Origin: Eledone cirrhosa
Taxonomy: Eukaryota
NCBI GenBank assembly: GCA_964016885.1
Contig: OZ024745.1
Coordinates: forward strand, 113,646,001 to 113,710,000
Direction: 5' to 3'
DNA: 64,000 nucleotides
A model generated the notes under the pieces. It saw nothing but the letters and a program-made list of their open reading frames with translations. It did no database searches and was not told where the DNA came from. Shown piece after piece: positions 11,640-24,711 of this stretch. How positions within the stretch are numbered: the first letter of the stretch is position 1; every line of letters begins with the position of its first letter. The translations under genes and the position numbers were made by a program.

Positions 11640-13330
11640 AGCCTTAACATTGTTGCTTAATGCACAAGTCATCAGCCCTTCCACTAATACTAAAAAATGG
11701 AAGATCCAATTTATTGAGGATTAGATTGATCACCATCGTTACCACATCCCTTTCTCCGTCCTCACCGAGACCCACTAAAATAACCTCCGCTGGGAAGCTG
11801 AGGTGAAAGTGAAGAATTTTAAAGCTATTCATGCAGATCATGCTGGCAGAAGAAAGGGTGGAACTGACATTTTTGATAGAGGCTAAGGACATATTTTCCA
11901 ATGGATACTATGAAGCAGTCTCTGTGTAGAGTAAAACCAACAACTTAGTATAAGTTGGGCTCTATAAGCCACCCTGAACGCCTCTACGATGCTTCAAGGA
12001 ATGCCTCAACAGCATAAAGTATTTCATCCAACAGTGTCACCCTCGCAATATCTTAATGATAGGATACTTCAACCTCCTCAGTGTTGACTGGTCCATAAAC
12101 AGCTGGATACCAGGTTTTTCCACCTCAACCTCTGACAATGAGGCAGTAGAATCGTTTCTTGACTTCATGGATGAGTTTTCCTGTCCCAACTTGAGCTTGA
12201 ACCAACAAAGTGCCACAAAAACATCTTGGACCTAGTGTTCAGTAACCACACTGACACTACTATCCACAATATTGCAGTGGAAAAAACTCTACTCTCAGAC
12301 CATGACATGGTTCTCTGTGATCTGAAATTCCACTTTCAAAAAAACAAACCCAATGACATCCCTCCAGTCCATCCATTTGACCCCATGGATCTTCATAATG
12401 CAAACTGGGAAGCAATCAATCATGATCTTGCACATGTTGATTGGTCTTTCGTGCACACACACATATTAACATTAAAAAAATCCTGGCAGACATTTATAGA
12501 CACTGTAACAAATATATGAGCAAAATATACTCCCATTAAGATCTGTAAACACATCTAAGTGCAGTATCCCTATAAATAGAAGAACACTTATCAGAAAAAT
12601 TAAAAGAATTAACAAAAAATCAACAAACTTAAATACTGCCAGCAGTATTTCACCCATTTGACTGCCATTACACCACTAGAATTGAAAAAACACAACCTCC
12701 AAAACAGCATGATATCCATCATCAACAATCAAAGAGCAGCTGAAGAGGCCTGGGCCATTGAGAAAATCAAACTCAATCCCAAAGTTTTCTTTTTATTTGC
12801 AAAAAACACAAAGTCACTGGCTCCACGGTTGGCCCATGAAAATGGCACTCTCCAAGATAATGCTAAAACCATGGGTGAGATACTGCAGACACAATACTGC
12901 TCTGTTTTCAGCAATCCTGATATGGCTGATCTGGGCTGTATCAGTGATGTTAACCCCCAACACACTACATCGGACATAACGTTTGGTGCCCCTGATGTCT
13001 TAGCGGCAATAAACAAAACTAAACACAATTCAGCAGTAGGCTCCAATAGGTTACCTGCTTGTGTCCTGAAGGTGTGTTGACACCAACTTGCATCTCCTCT
13101 TGCTACTCTGTGGAGGAACTCAGTGGATGCTGAATATATACCTGAAAACTTACTATCCCAGTCTGTTGCACCAGTTTTCAAAAATGGAAACAAGTCCCTT
13201 GCAGTGAATTACTGTCTGATCTCACTCAGCTCTCATATCATTAAGGTATTTGAGAGGGTGGTGAGGTAACGAATAACTCACTTTCTTGAAAGCAACAATC
13301 TGCTGAACTCCAACCAACATGGGTTCCAAA
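11640..13330 (+). mobile_element. CR1/L2-like LINE ORF2 relic (AP endonuclease plus start of RT)
   Basis: GLYKPP, (GD)FNL..VDW, LDLVFSN, SDHDMV, LASPL..LW..S, NY.LISLSSHIIKVFERVV and NQHGF, with many stops and frameshifts. Confidence 0.85.
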
Positions 13331-13619
13331 TTAAGGGGCTAGCAAAACAAGAGGGGTTCTTCCTGAAATACCTTTGTGCAGATAAAGCCCTGGGGCATTG
13401 AATGTTGTAAATCTACTACACATGATCAAAACTCTAAAACTGCAGTTGCTCAAACTGGGGATATTTCTAGAAGTCTTATAGAGGAGGAGGAAGAAGACAG
13501 CAAGAAAAGTGAGAATTCTGCAAAGTCCCCCCTAAAAAGATGTTATAGCATTAAACTTGGATTACAGTTCCTGCCACTTGGTCCTCCTGTTCTAATGATA
13601 ATTTTCGAGTGCTTCTAGT

Positions 13620-14430
13620 ACAACATGGTTCACAACAGGTTGTATTAGATGATATTTCCAAAGACCCAAGAAAGATTTTCTCCTATACACTACAAGAGTA
13701 GACTGACAAATGATGAAGAAGTGCGCTGTCAATGGTTGATATATTCAACCTCAAAAGATGTGGTATTTTGTTTTTGCTGTAAGTTGTTCAGCAAAACAAA
13801 TGGTGCATCATATCTTCAACAAACAGGTTCAAAAGACTGGTCAATTCTTTCTTCATATGAGAGGACTGCTGACCATTTAGAAAACTATCAATCATGGCCT
13901 GAACTTGAACTGTGCTTAGCTAAAGGAAAAACAATTGATGATATTGACCAACAGAAAATTAAACAAGAGAAACATTATTGGCATCAAATTTTGCAATGCT
14001 TAATTGCTTTGGTGTGAGTTCTTGGCATGCAAAACTTTGCATTCTGTGGTAGAAATCAAAAGTTGTATTACCCTGGTAAAGGAAATTTTTTGAAGTTTGT
14101 AAACTCTGCTAAATATTATTCAATAATTCTGGATTGCACACCTGATATAATTCCTATTGAGCAAATGACAATGATTGTCTGTTTTGTTGATGTAATCAGA
14201 ACATCAGAAAATGGGATATCTAAGCCTGAAGTCTTCATACAAGAACATTCCTGGGATTTGTTCCACTAAAGGAAACTACAGGCGCCTTTATAGCAAAAAC
14301 TCTTCTTGAACAGCTTGGGCAAATTGGATTATCAATTGAAAATATACATGGTCAAATTTATGATAATGGGAGTAACATGAATGACAAAGAATATGGCGTA
14401 CAAAAGAGGATCCTAAACATAAACCCACGT
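13620..14430 (+). mobile_element. hAT-superfamily transposase relic (ZMYM1-like, TTF zinc finger region)
   Basis: WLIYSTSKDVVFCFCCKLF, GNFL, YYSIILDCTPD and GQIYDNGSNM; internally deleted and frameshifted. Confidence 0.85.
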
Positions 14431-14899
14431 AACTATGCTGGAAAGCATTGCGTCCGACCCTCTACCAATACTGCCAAATGTAACATACCAACATTCATGT
14501 GGATATGAAACATTTGTATTAGTAAACATTTAGAACTTTACGAAATAACACTGTTTGACATCTTGGCAATCTGTTTTTCTAACCACATCAAAATTCATGG
14601 TTGTTTGCTTATTAGAATAAGCAACTGGAGACGATTTCATCGATTATACACTTCCTCGCAAAATGTCCTGTCTGTCAAAGAAATCGGAATTTCAATCCGA
14701 GGGAGATAACTCATGTATAATTCGTAGAACTATCAAAGAAATTTGTCTGCGCTTTAAATACGTTAATATCAGTTAATCCATTGTAACAAGTGGATGGAGG
14801 TATATAATGTTAATAATTTTGCAAATAAATGATCTTATATTTCTTTAATTGAAATCCACTTCAGAATGATGGAGCCCCTGATGTCTTAAATTGGATTTA

Positions 14900-14962
<63 letters not shown>

Positions 14963-15063
14963 GAATTGATTCTCGCCACAATGTCTATTCCGAAATACTG
15001 ATACTTAGACTCTCGCTCTCTCCTTCTCCCCCCTCTCTCTAGCTCTATTTCTCTTTCTCCTCC

Positions 15064-15120
<57 letters not shown>

Positions 15121-15589
15121 TGAATCAATCAGAGTAGAATATAAGGTTTCCTATTAATTTTCCTTTCAACTGTTAACAACTCTTACTCCACAATACCGTT
15201 TTCATTTACTTCCAGAAAGAAAGGAAAAACTGTTTTTTAACCTGCCTAGCTTAACTGATAGTCTGGGTGATATTCCTGTTTAGACGCGTGATGCGAATGT
15301 TTCACTTTGTGTTAATTAAATCTATGATGCCCAGGTTGGCTGGGCTTTTTTTTTTATCATTGTTACTGTTTTATCAGGGAGTTTTATCTTTGGAAAGTGT
15401 ATTTGTTGATCCATAAGGAGACCTCTTATTATTTGGAGTTCTTAGATAATTTCCATCATTATCATAATGTGGTCCTTAATTCCTTTTTCTAGATATTCTT
15501 CATTTTCTATTAAAATTTTTTTTTTTTTTTTTTTGATATTTACTTTATCTGTTTTGTATATTTTAGTTTTACCTTCTTCTCGGCAGAGC

Positions 15590-16037
15590 TGTTCTGCTAG
15601 AGAACGGGTCACATGTGGCGGATACCGGTACGGCCAACAGACATGATGGTTATTTACGATATAAGCGGTTCTTTTCCGGACGATTAAGCAAACCCGATCT
15701 CACAACGGTAAGGTACTAGGGGAGACGGAGCAATAGTTGATACTTAGCTCATGAGAAAACTCTCACAACCCACCGATGTAGCTACGACGAGGCAAGTAAA
15801 AGCCACCTCAAAAAAAAAAGCCTAGTCTGCGCGGGTCTAAGAAAAGTACCAAATTGGTGACTGGCGCGAATGAGACCACTAAAACACTAATATGGCGAGA
15901 AACAATAAAGATGTCCATACCGCATTGACCTTTGTGAAGGATAACAAGGAAAGCGCTCAGCCCTCAGGTATAGGGGCCACTTCGAGAAGAAGAAGAAGAA
16001 GAAGAAGAAGAAGAAGAAGAAGAAGAAGAAGAAGAAG

Positions 16038-16066
<29 letters not shown>
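15590..16066 (+). mobile_element. RTE-derived non-autonomous element with (GAA)n tail
   Basis: catgtggcggataccggtacggcc..agac resembles an RTE 5'UTR; it ends in a long (AGA)n array at 15985-16066. Confidence 0.4.
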
Positions 16067-16068
<2 letters not shown>

Positions 16069-16714
16069 CGTAATGGCCCTTTTGAATCCTTGAGTTTATG
16101 AATCCTAGCCTAACTCTTCTATAGTATTCTTTCCTAATCTTTTCTTTCTTTTTTTGTGTTGCATTTTATCTGTTTTGTCGATTGTTTGGCATTTATAAGG
16201 GGGAATGTTATATAATTCATTAATATCAGTGTCTATGTCTAGTGAAATATTTTCCCTTCTAGTTTATTTGCAGTTTGTTAGAGTGGTTTTTACACATTTA
16301 TTTATCATTATTTAACATGGTTTAACGCCACATAATTGGATCAGAAAATGGTTCATATACTTACTGCCCAACACATAACGGGTACTTACTTTATATAACC
16401 CAGAAGGTTGAAAGATCAGAAAGAAAAATACAAAGGAGTGTCACAATAACTCAATATTTAGTTTCTGCGATTCCACAGATTTGGCGATCCATGACCCTCT
16501 ATCCTAACTAACTAATATATAAAATTGAAATATCAGTCTGTAGAAAACCGAATTACAAGATTGCCTGTTGCTTAGTACTTCACCTGCCCACATGTTTCCA
16601 TTCAAATTCCATCCATGCTATATGAAAAAGCTATCAGTAATTTACTGGTGCTGTTTCTATTAGCTAATTAAACAATCTCACACAGTATTCTTGTTGTTCC
16701 TTTTTTAACAGATC

Positions 16715-16972
16715 GGCACGATCCCAAAGCTCATTTGTTTACCGAGTGGGATCTTGTTCTTCTTGGAACTCGTCAGATCGGACCAAGAAAACAATGTTTC
16801 CATTGGTCTTTCCATGACGGGTACTATCTAATTGTCGCAACTCCTGGCAGAAAGAGCAGCGTGAAATAATGGATCTTGCTCAAGGACATAACGCATCACC
16901 CGAGCCAGGAATGACACTCACAATTTCACGATTCTGAATCCGTATTTTTAACCACTAAGCCATATTGCTTCT
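16715..16972 (-). mobile_element. tRNA-derived SINE family S2
   Basis: Minus-strand head tggcttagtggtt followed by gtccttgagcaag; a second copy lies at 41540-41796. Confidence 0.75.
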
Positions 16973-17464
16973 TCTTCCTAATTAAGAAAATTATGGCTCA
17001 GCTAGATTGATCAATCTCCCAGGATAAAGTTTTGCTAAGATTTGCGGCGAGCTGAGTTAAAATTGAGTATAGAATGTCAGATGAGGCTATTTCGATTACT
17101 TATGCTTAGAAAAGTCATGAACGTCCCAACATTTCATTATCTGTCTGATAAATAGTAGGTTTCCTGTCTACAAACGCACTTCTACTTAATAGCTTAGAAT
17201 GAGTTAGCACATATAGTGTTCATGGAGAATATATCATTAAACAATACTTATTAAAATCACGGGTTCTTGAAAGTGAACTCTATCATATCTTGTTATATAA
17301 TGATATGATATAAGATATGTGTATACATATATTCTAAGAAAACGGCATATCTTAATGAATTACACCACTGTTAATTAACTGCTGAAGCTATAATTGGTAG
17401 AATGAATATGATACAGAATAAGACAAAGTTCACTGGTTTTTAGTAGATTGTGATTTCATTGCAC

Positions 17465-17756
17465 CAGAGGCGTAACTAGGGAAAACAACAGCGAAGGCAA
17501 GCAGCGAAATTGCGCCCCTGCTCAGCATTTTATTTTTGACTATGGGCCTAATAATTTATATCGATGGTTTAATGATCCAGCCGACATACTCTATGATAAT
17601 CAATGACAGATCATACATCTGAAGAATTTTATTTCTTCACTCTCCGTCGATAGCTCATCTGATTCTAATAGAAAGTGCTCCTTGACTAAGTGACGCCTCT
17701 ATTTATGTAGAGCCCATGACACGTGCCATACTTGCCATACCCTAGTTACGACATTA
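17465..17756. mobile_element. MITE with hAT-like terminal inverted repeats
   Basis: cagaggcgtaactaggg ... ccctagttacgacatta; no clear TSD. Confidence 0.6.
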
Positions 17757-18486
17757 CACTGAGTCAAACAAAAAACTTTGCCATCGGTTTTCAACGCTAT
17801 TTTGTTAAGTGATTGACGAAAATTGGTGCCACTGGGGTATGATTTTGTTTATTCTTGTATCTTCTAATTTTCACATAACTTAGAGGCTGAAAGGTAATTC
17901 AGTAATTCGCCCGAGATACGGCTTGCGATAAAAATAATTTAATGGTTGAATGGAAGTTAGAGACATTGTAAGATGAGAGGATTTATCATCCCGCGGGATT
18001 TGAAACTCGTTTTTATCACATTCGAGACGACGCTTTACCAATTACAACAAAGAGAACCTACAAATCTCTCTTAACAAAATAGTTATATAAACGTTTACTG
18101 TTATATACCAACACCACTAACTCGCCTCATGAGGATCACAGGTAATTTTGAATTAACATACATACTAGCAAATATCTTATTGCAGTACTGTTTAACATTG
18201 TCATGTATCATACTTGTTTAGTATATGTTATATGTAAATTTTAACCATATATATTTCAGTGACGAAGGGTAACCTAACCTGGAAAGCAGGGCATGCAGTC
18301 CAATCGCCATGGCGGAAAGTGGGGCTGTTGTGCAGCCTTACCCTCCCCCCCCCCCCGCCCATTTCCCTCTAAATGACCCTCCCGGTCAAAGCCGCATGTA
18401 GTGTTATCTAGTGTGTGTGTGTTATCTTTTTATCTGTTTACGATTTAGTAAGCAGTAAACATTCTGCTTGCCCCAAAGCTGTCGTG

Positions 18487-18524
<38 letters not shown>

Positions 18525-18728
18525 TGTATGTGTGTGTATGTGTATGTGTTTGTGTGTATGTGTGTGTATGTGTGTGTATGTGTATGTGTTTGTGTGTATG
18601 TGTGTGTATGTGTGTGTAGTAAACAGCCAAAATTCTGCTTGCTTCAACCGACGCAATTGATCAACTCAAGATTCTATAACGCATGCACGGACCCTTCGCC
18701 CCTGGTATCTATATATATATATATATGT

Positions 18729-18847
<119 letters not shown>

Positions 18848-19254
18848 ATACATTATAATAACTACTTTACAGTATAACAAAGACTTAATAAAATGAATAT
18901 GAAATAATATTACACTAAATCTATATTCAAATTATATAATAAAATATATTGAATTATATAGACGGAATGGTGACTGAAAACAGTGACTGAAAATAAGTCA
19001 GGAGCATATATGAAATAGGTTTTTGTCTTTACCCGAGATATAGGACTTTGTTTCTAGCTGCCATATGCATGTGCATATTATACAGCTATGTAATATTTTC
19101 ATCACTAGATAACGAAGAGAACATCTATTTAGAAATTACAATTTTATAGAAGGTGTAACCTAACTAGTATCCCTTTGGCTATAGGAATTTACTTTGAAAT
19201 GTGTTCTAACGGATGTGTAATGTCTTCCAGAGTACTCCATGCATTTTCATGCAT

Positions 19255-19530
19255 GGTCCCGTAACTCCTGAGGGAGTCGTAGGGGCGCCGTATTGATATA
19301 CGACGCTTATATGGTAATTTTAAACCTGGCGGAGACCATCCCTCACCAGCTTTGAACACAGATTTCTTCCAGAGAAGGGGATATAGAGGAAGAACCGACA
19401 TCAGAAATTGACTGGTACTTTTTTTATCGACCTCAAAAGGATGAAAGGCAAAGTATTTGAACTCAGAAAGCAGAGAGGCGGTATGGATACCGCAGAGCAG
19501 TCTATCCCACATTCAAACAATTTTGTCAAT
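19255..19530 (-). mobile_element. SINE S3 copy
   Basis: Same tail and core as 8805-9027. Confidence 0.7.
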
Positions 19531-19639
19531 TCGTATAACCGAGTTCCTACACTTGATGGTCAGATTAGTTAGTGTGGAGGCAGGCCTCATTCTTTTGACA
19601 TCAAATTCGTCTCCTAATTAATGATCGAAATAAATGAGA

Positions 19640-20090
19640 CTAACATATCTTTTACAACAGCGATGTACTTTCAAAGCTCCTGAATGGGTGTGAAACGTGA
19701 AATGTGAAACGTGAAATGTGAAGACTAGCCAAAAATTATAAGTATTTGACACCAAATGCCTACGGAAAACCTTTGGCATCAGGTGGGATGACTTTATCAC
19801 CAACAAAGAAGTCTGTCAACGAACCTACCAACGATATGTGTCTAACATCATATGCAAGCGTCGACTTGGTTGGTTGGGATACGTCACACAACTCCCAAGT
19901 GAGAGGCTTGATAATCAGGTCCTGTATAGGTACCCCCCATGTAAAGAGGCGAAGAGGACGTTCTAAGATGAATTTGCGGTGACAATCGACAGGGACGTGA
20001 AACTTGTCAACTAAAGTTGGAACGATGTATTGATAGGTGCAACTAGTCGTGGTCATTGCAGCACTTAGGCTGCTTCAAGCGTATCAAGAA
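19640..20090 (+). mobile_element. RTE-like LINE 3' fragment
   Basis: CLRKTFGIRWDDFITNKEV...RRLGWLGYV...KRRRGRSK, read across frameshifts. Confidence 0.75.
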
Positions 20091-20363
20091 GCGGAAGCTT
20101 CTAAGACTAAGTCTAAGTAACATATCTGAAATAAAGAGATAATGGTTTACTTCATAGTAAAATATACTTAATGTTCTTCTGGTGTTTTCCCCAAAATATA
20201 GCTTTTTGTTTTTACCAACAGACAATTATTATGTTGTTTTATATATTTATACATTTTCAAATAATCAAATATTGGGGGAAGTGTCACGTGAAAGTAACTT
20301 ATAAAATGGATGGAAGTTTTCCTCTCACAATTTAGTCTGAAATACTTGGGAAATTCTAATTAA

Positions 20364-20418
<55 letters not shown>

Positions 20419-20443
20419 TATATACATATATATATATACATAC

Positions 20444-20505
<62 letters not shown>

Positions 20506-21064
20506 TTGCTCAATTTTGTGTTGTGTTGATTTCAGTTATTCTTTACACGCTATCGTCATCTTTACTATTTGTCCGTTTGTGTTTTGTTTCACTATTTTTA
20601 CACTACTTCTTTTTCCATTCACTTTCATTTTGGCATTTTAGTGTCAGCTGTGTAAATGGTTTTGTCGATTATATGATGCGGCCTTTAACAGTTTGGGCGT
20701 GTGATAAGTTAGAGTTGATGCGTGATAGCATCAAATGCCAAGGAGTAAGACACACGAAGATGTCAATGTAAATACGTTCTTACATAGCTGCAATTACTGT
20801 AGTAGAGAAGCAATGACAGTGATTGGATCAAAACTTATAACCCTCACGGTTGCCTGTCTTGAAAAACATGCAATCTCAGAATAAATCACATCAAGGTACA
20901 AAACTTAATCTAATTTCCAGTAGTTTTAGATGAAGACTTCTGTTAGTTTAAACCACATTAAGAAACCATAGCGCTTTCTTACTTATTTTATAACAAAACA
21001 AAACGCGCGCGCATACATACATACACACACATGTATGAATGCATAGATAAATAGATGTATGCAA

Positions 21065-21106
<42 letters not shown>

Positions 21107-21172
21107 GTTATTCCGGGTTGAATCGGAGGTAACCACAGTAAGTAAGGTACTCAATACATAGCAGAGTATAAC

Positions 21173-21223
21173 AGATTCCTGATGATTTCAAATGAATGAA
21201 ACAGTTCTAGTCCTGTAGAATCT
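21173..21223 (+). ncRNA. Type I hammerhead ribozyme, family A
   Basis: AGAUUC-CUGAUGA-U-UUCA-AA-UGAA-U-GAAA-CAG-uucuaguc-CUG-UA-GAAUCU. 6-bp stem I, GUA cleavage triplet. Confidence 0.85.
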
Positions 21224-21227
21224 CATC

Positions 21228-21266
<39 letters not shown>

Positions 21267-21281
21267 GCATGTATATATGTA

Positions 21282-21327
<46 letters not shown>

Positions 21328-21386
21328 ATAATATAAATATATATATATATATAAGATAATATAAATATATATATATATATAAGATA

Positions 21387-21462
<76 letters not shown>

Positions 21463-21806
21463 ATAATATAAATAAAATGTTTTAAATTTCTGCATCTCGG
21501 ATTTCCATACATTATTATTCATGTGCTGTATACACCTCCATTCACACAACTCACCAGATTTGCTCACTCAAATTTCGGTCGTTATCTGCTGTATTTTACT
21601 GATTGTGGAACTGCGTTGAAGTTGACACTGGCATAACTTTCTTCACCTGAATATATATATATATTTAAATGTTAAACAAGGTTCAATGAATAAATCAAAG
21701 AATAAAGTTTTACAATAGATTAGAAGCACTCCACAGGTATGGTTTTCCGGAGTTATTAATATTAATTCAAAATATTAACAAAAATAGACATTCGTGTGAT
21801 CAAGTA

Positions 21807-21873
21807 TATTTTATTATACATATTTCAGAGGTACTGAGCTATCTTCAACAGTACGTCCTCATCAGATAAAATA
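21807..21873 (-). ncRNA. Type I hammerhead ribozyme, family B
   Basis: UAUUUUAU-CUGAUGA-GGAC-GUACUG..CAGUAC-CUCU-GAAA-UAUGUA-UA-AUAAAAUA. Confidence 0.75.
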
Positions 21874-21963
21874 AGATGATGAATGACACACCCTGACTAA
21901 TTAGATCGTTAAAATTCAGTCATGGCAGTGATATGACAAAACTCAATATTTATATACCTTAAG

Positions 21964-22149
21964 GGCGGTGGATTGGCAGTATCGGTAGAGGGTCGGACGC
22001 CATGCTTTCCAGCATAGTTACGTCCCTTTACGATCTGAGTTCAAATCCCGCCGAGGTTGACTTTGCCTTTCATCCTTACGGGGTCGATAAAATAAAGTAG
22101 CAGTAATGCACTGGGTAATTGCTGGCCTTGTGCCTAAAGAAGAAACAAA
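21964..22149 (+). mobile_element. SINE S1 copy with 19-bp TSD
   Basis: TSD aatatttatataccttaag at 21945-21963 and 22150-22168. Confidence 0.9.
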
Positions 22150-22729
22150 AATATTTATATACCTTAAGATTGAGACATGAAAAAATTACATATAATACAG
22201 AGGGTGCGTGTGAGAAAGCTTATAAATATACATAATAATAAACAACTACTAATATAACTGTTAGAGATTCAAATAATTTAAATTATTGAAGAAAGAAGAA
22301 GTGAAAGACAGAGAGAGAAACAGATGAGGAAAAAGATAGTTACTAGAAGTGTAGAAATATCTTATACACGAAAGCAAAGGAAAATTGATTAAGGATAGAG
22401 AGGCAAGGAAGAATAATTTTTATAGTATAAAGCATAGGGAGGGAGATTTGTATTGACATGGATAAATAGCGTATAATTAGATGATGCAAAAATATATATA
22501 TAAATAAATATACATTTGGGCATAGCTTTATGAATGAATAATTTCGAATCGTTAAATTATCTAGAAATAATCAATCAATCAAAATATCAAATATATCTGG
22601 GTGTAGTTATATGAGGGTTTATTTTCGAGTCCTTAAGTTAATTAGAAATAGACTCTTAATCAATTATATTAAATTTCGAATTATTTATGTTCGTTCAAAA
22701 TAGTGAATTAATCTAAAGGCTATATTTCA

Positions 22730-23640
22730 GGCTATAAAATTTATAAGTATTTATATTATAGTATAATATCATATTTAAAGTAATTGCAAACATGAGAAAG
22801 AAGAGAATTAATATTTTCTTCATCCCGAAGGTAATCCATATTAAATTATATTAAAAATGTTTATATTAAAGAGATTTTATATTAAAAATAATCATTATAT
22901 AATTTAGAAAGTAATTACAATTATAACTTTAAAAATTTTAAATTAACAATTAGAATGCCCTAAAGTATCCAAAGGCCTTATAATTATACTTAAAAAAGAT
23001 ATTATTAAACTAGATATACGCATTTGTCTAAGTTTATACAAAAAGTATATTGTTTACAGTTTAAGACGATATTAATCAGTTATATATAATAAATATAATA
23101 TAATATAATAAATAAATTACTGTTAATAGTGTTAAAAGTAAGGTTTTACGTCAATTATTATATTAGGATCATGTAATATATATATACTATAAATATACAA
23201 ATCAAATTTCATGAATCATCAAGATAAGACACAGATTCAAAATAAATAAATGAATGGTTTGCGATCCTATAAGTGTCAAATATCTAAGCTATATAATTTA
23301 AAAATACAAGAACATTTTTAAGGATCTATATTATAGTATAATATCATATTTAAAGTGTCTGCAAACATGAGAAAGGAAAGACTTAAGATTTACATCAACC
23401 CCAAGGTAATCCAAATTTAATTATATTAAAAAAAATTAAAAATTCATTATATAATTTAGAAAATATTTAACAATTATAACACTAGTGTACGACACATGTA
23501 CCATAAATATATAAATCAAACATCTTGAATCTTAAAACAACATATTCAAAATAAATAAATGAATAGTTTACGAAATAAATAAATGAATAGTTTACGATTC
23601 CTTATAACTGTTAACCATATAAGCTATATATTTAAAAAAA
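22730..23640. repeat. Diverged AT-rich tandem duplication (period about 575 bp)
   Basis: tatattatagtataatatcatatttaaagt...gcaaacatgagaaag...aaggtaatcca occurs at about 22752 and 23327. Confidence 0.7.
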
Positions 23641-24461
23641 TACAATAAACCTCGAAAAAATTAAATGTATTTACACAATCAAATGATATGAATATTCATC
23701 AAGAGATCATGTTATATGTTTATATATTTTTATAGAACCCTTAATCTAACATTAATCATATCGTAAATGAATAAAAATTATTATAAGGTTTTATAATCTG
23801 GTATAGTATCATTTTACGCACTCAGTTGATAAGAAACGTCAAAAATTAAAACTTATTTATTCAATGTTTTTTCCTGACTTTTTGTGAGGCTTGGAATGTA
23901 GAAGAAGCTTTATGTAGGCAATTTGAGAATAATTCACTTTTTTTTGTTAATTAAATTTTCATAATTAGTAATTATTAATAGGGTTTCCATAGTACACATT
24001 TTTGCAGTTAGGTGATATTGAAGAATTCAAGTAGATTCAACTATTACACAGCTTTGACCAAGAAATCGAGTATTTTAAATGTTTGTCTTTTAATGACCAT
24101 ATAAGTTGTGATAAAGAAGTCGAAGATTTCCTATTAGGATTCGAAAAAGAACATTTGTGATTCGAAAATTTTAATTTAAATGTCGATGAAGTTGCACTAA
24201 TATAGTTGTAGGTGATGTTATTATTGCTATGCTTGACAACAGTAAATAAAATATCGTCCCTATATAAACCACCGGTAATCCCCGGCAGTTTTCTATTTAC
24301 CATATTTAAGATAAAAATACCCAGAAGATCGGTAACCTGCGCAGAGTCCGATGATCCCATGATAATGTCAAAGTTTCTATTCCTATCTGAACGGGTCCAA
24401 TACTCATTGTTAAAATTAATTAGAGTTCTTCTAGCAGTTAATATTATATTGATTTCATCTG

Positions 24462-24711
24462 CAGATATTTCTCTTCAGATTAAAACTGAGTTCGGATCTA
24501 GCTGTCGAAACGGCCGGAGCTCAGCCGTCGGGGTCCTGAATCTTTTCATATTACCCACTCTACTTCCCCAAGTATCGAGTACCCACCAGAGTACTCGATA
24601 CTTGGGGAAGTATAGTGGGTAATATGAAAAGATTCAGGACCCCGACGGCTGAGCTCCGGCCGTTTCGACAGCTAGATCCGAACTCAGTTTTAATCTGAAG
24701 AGAAATATCTG
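24462..24711. repeat. Near-perfect palindrome (about 120-bp arms) of a family D element
   Basis: Arms at 24462-24582 and 24591-24711 with spacer ccaccaga. Confidence 0.9.

Larger units (their letters stand above)
21664..24461 (-). mobile_element. Penelope-like element relic: RT fragment, GIY-YIG fragment, AT-rich 3' region and HHR, ending at (TA)n
   Basis: MGSSDSAQVTDLLGIFIL..GLYRDD is joined to YISAT..FK.KFSNHKCSF..TSLSQLIWSLKD..W. HHR at 21807-21873; the 3' tail is homologous to 49120-49330. Continuity across the AT-rich middle is inferred. Confidence 0.65.

Noticed and set aside
17069-17136. Hammerhead-like CAGAUGA-GGCU..AGUC-aUGAACGUC..ACAUU
   Set aside because: Several core substitutions and no second copy in the window; at most a decayed relic.
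17985-18050. tRNA-like sequence on the minus strand
   Set aside because: Only degenerate A/B boxes and no full cloverleaf; probably an old SINE head.
18245-18305. GUGACGA-A-GGGU..ACCU-G-GAAA-GC..GCAGUC
   Set aside because: It needs a C3 change and a deletion in stem III to fit, and stem I is absent.
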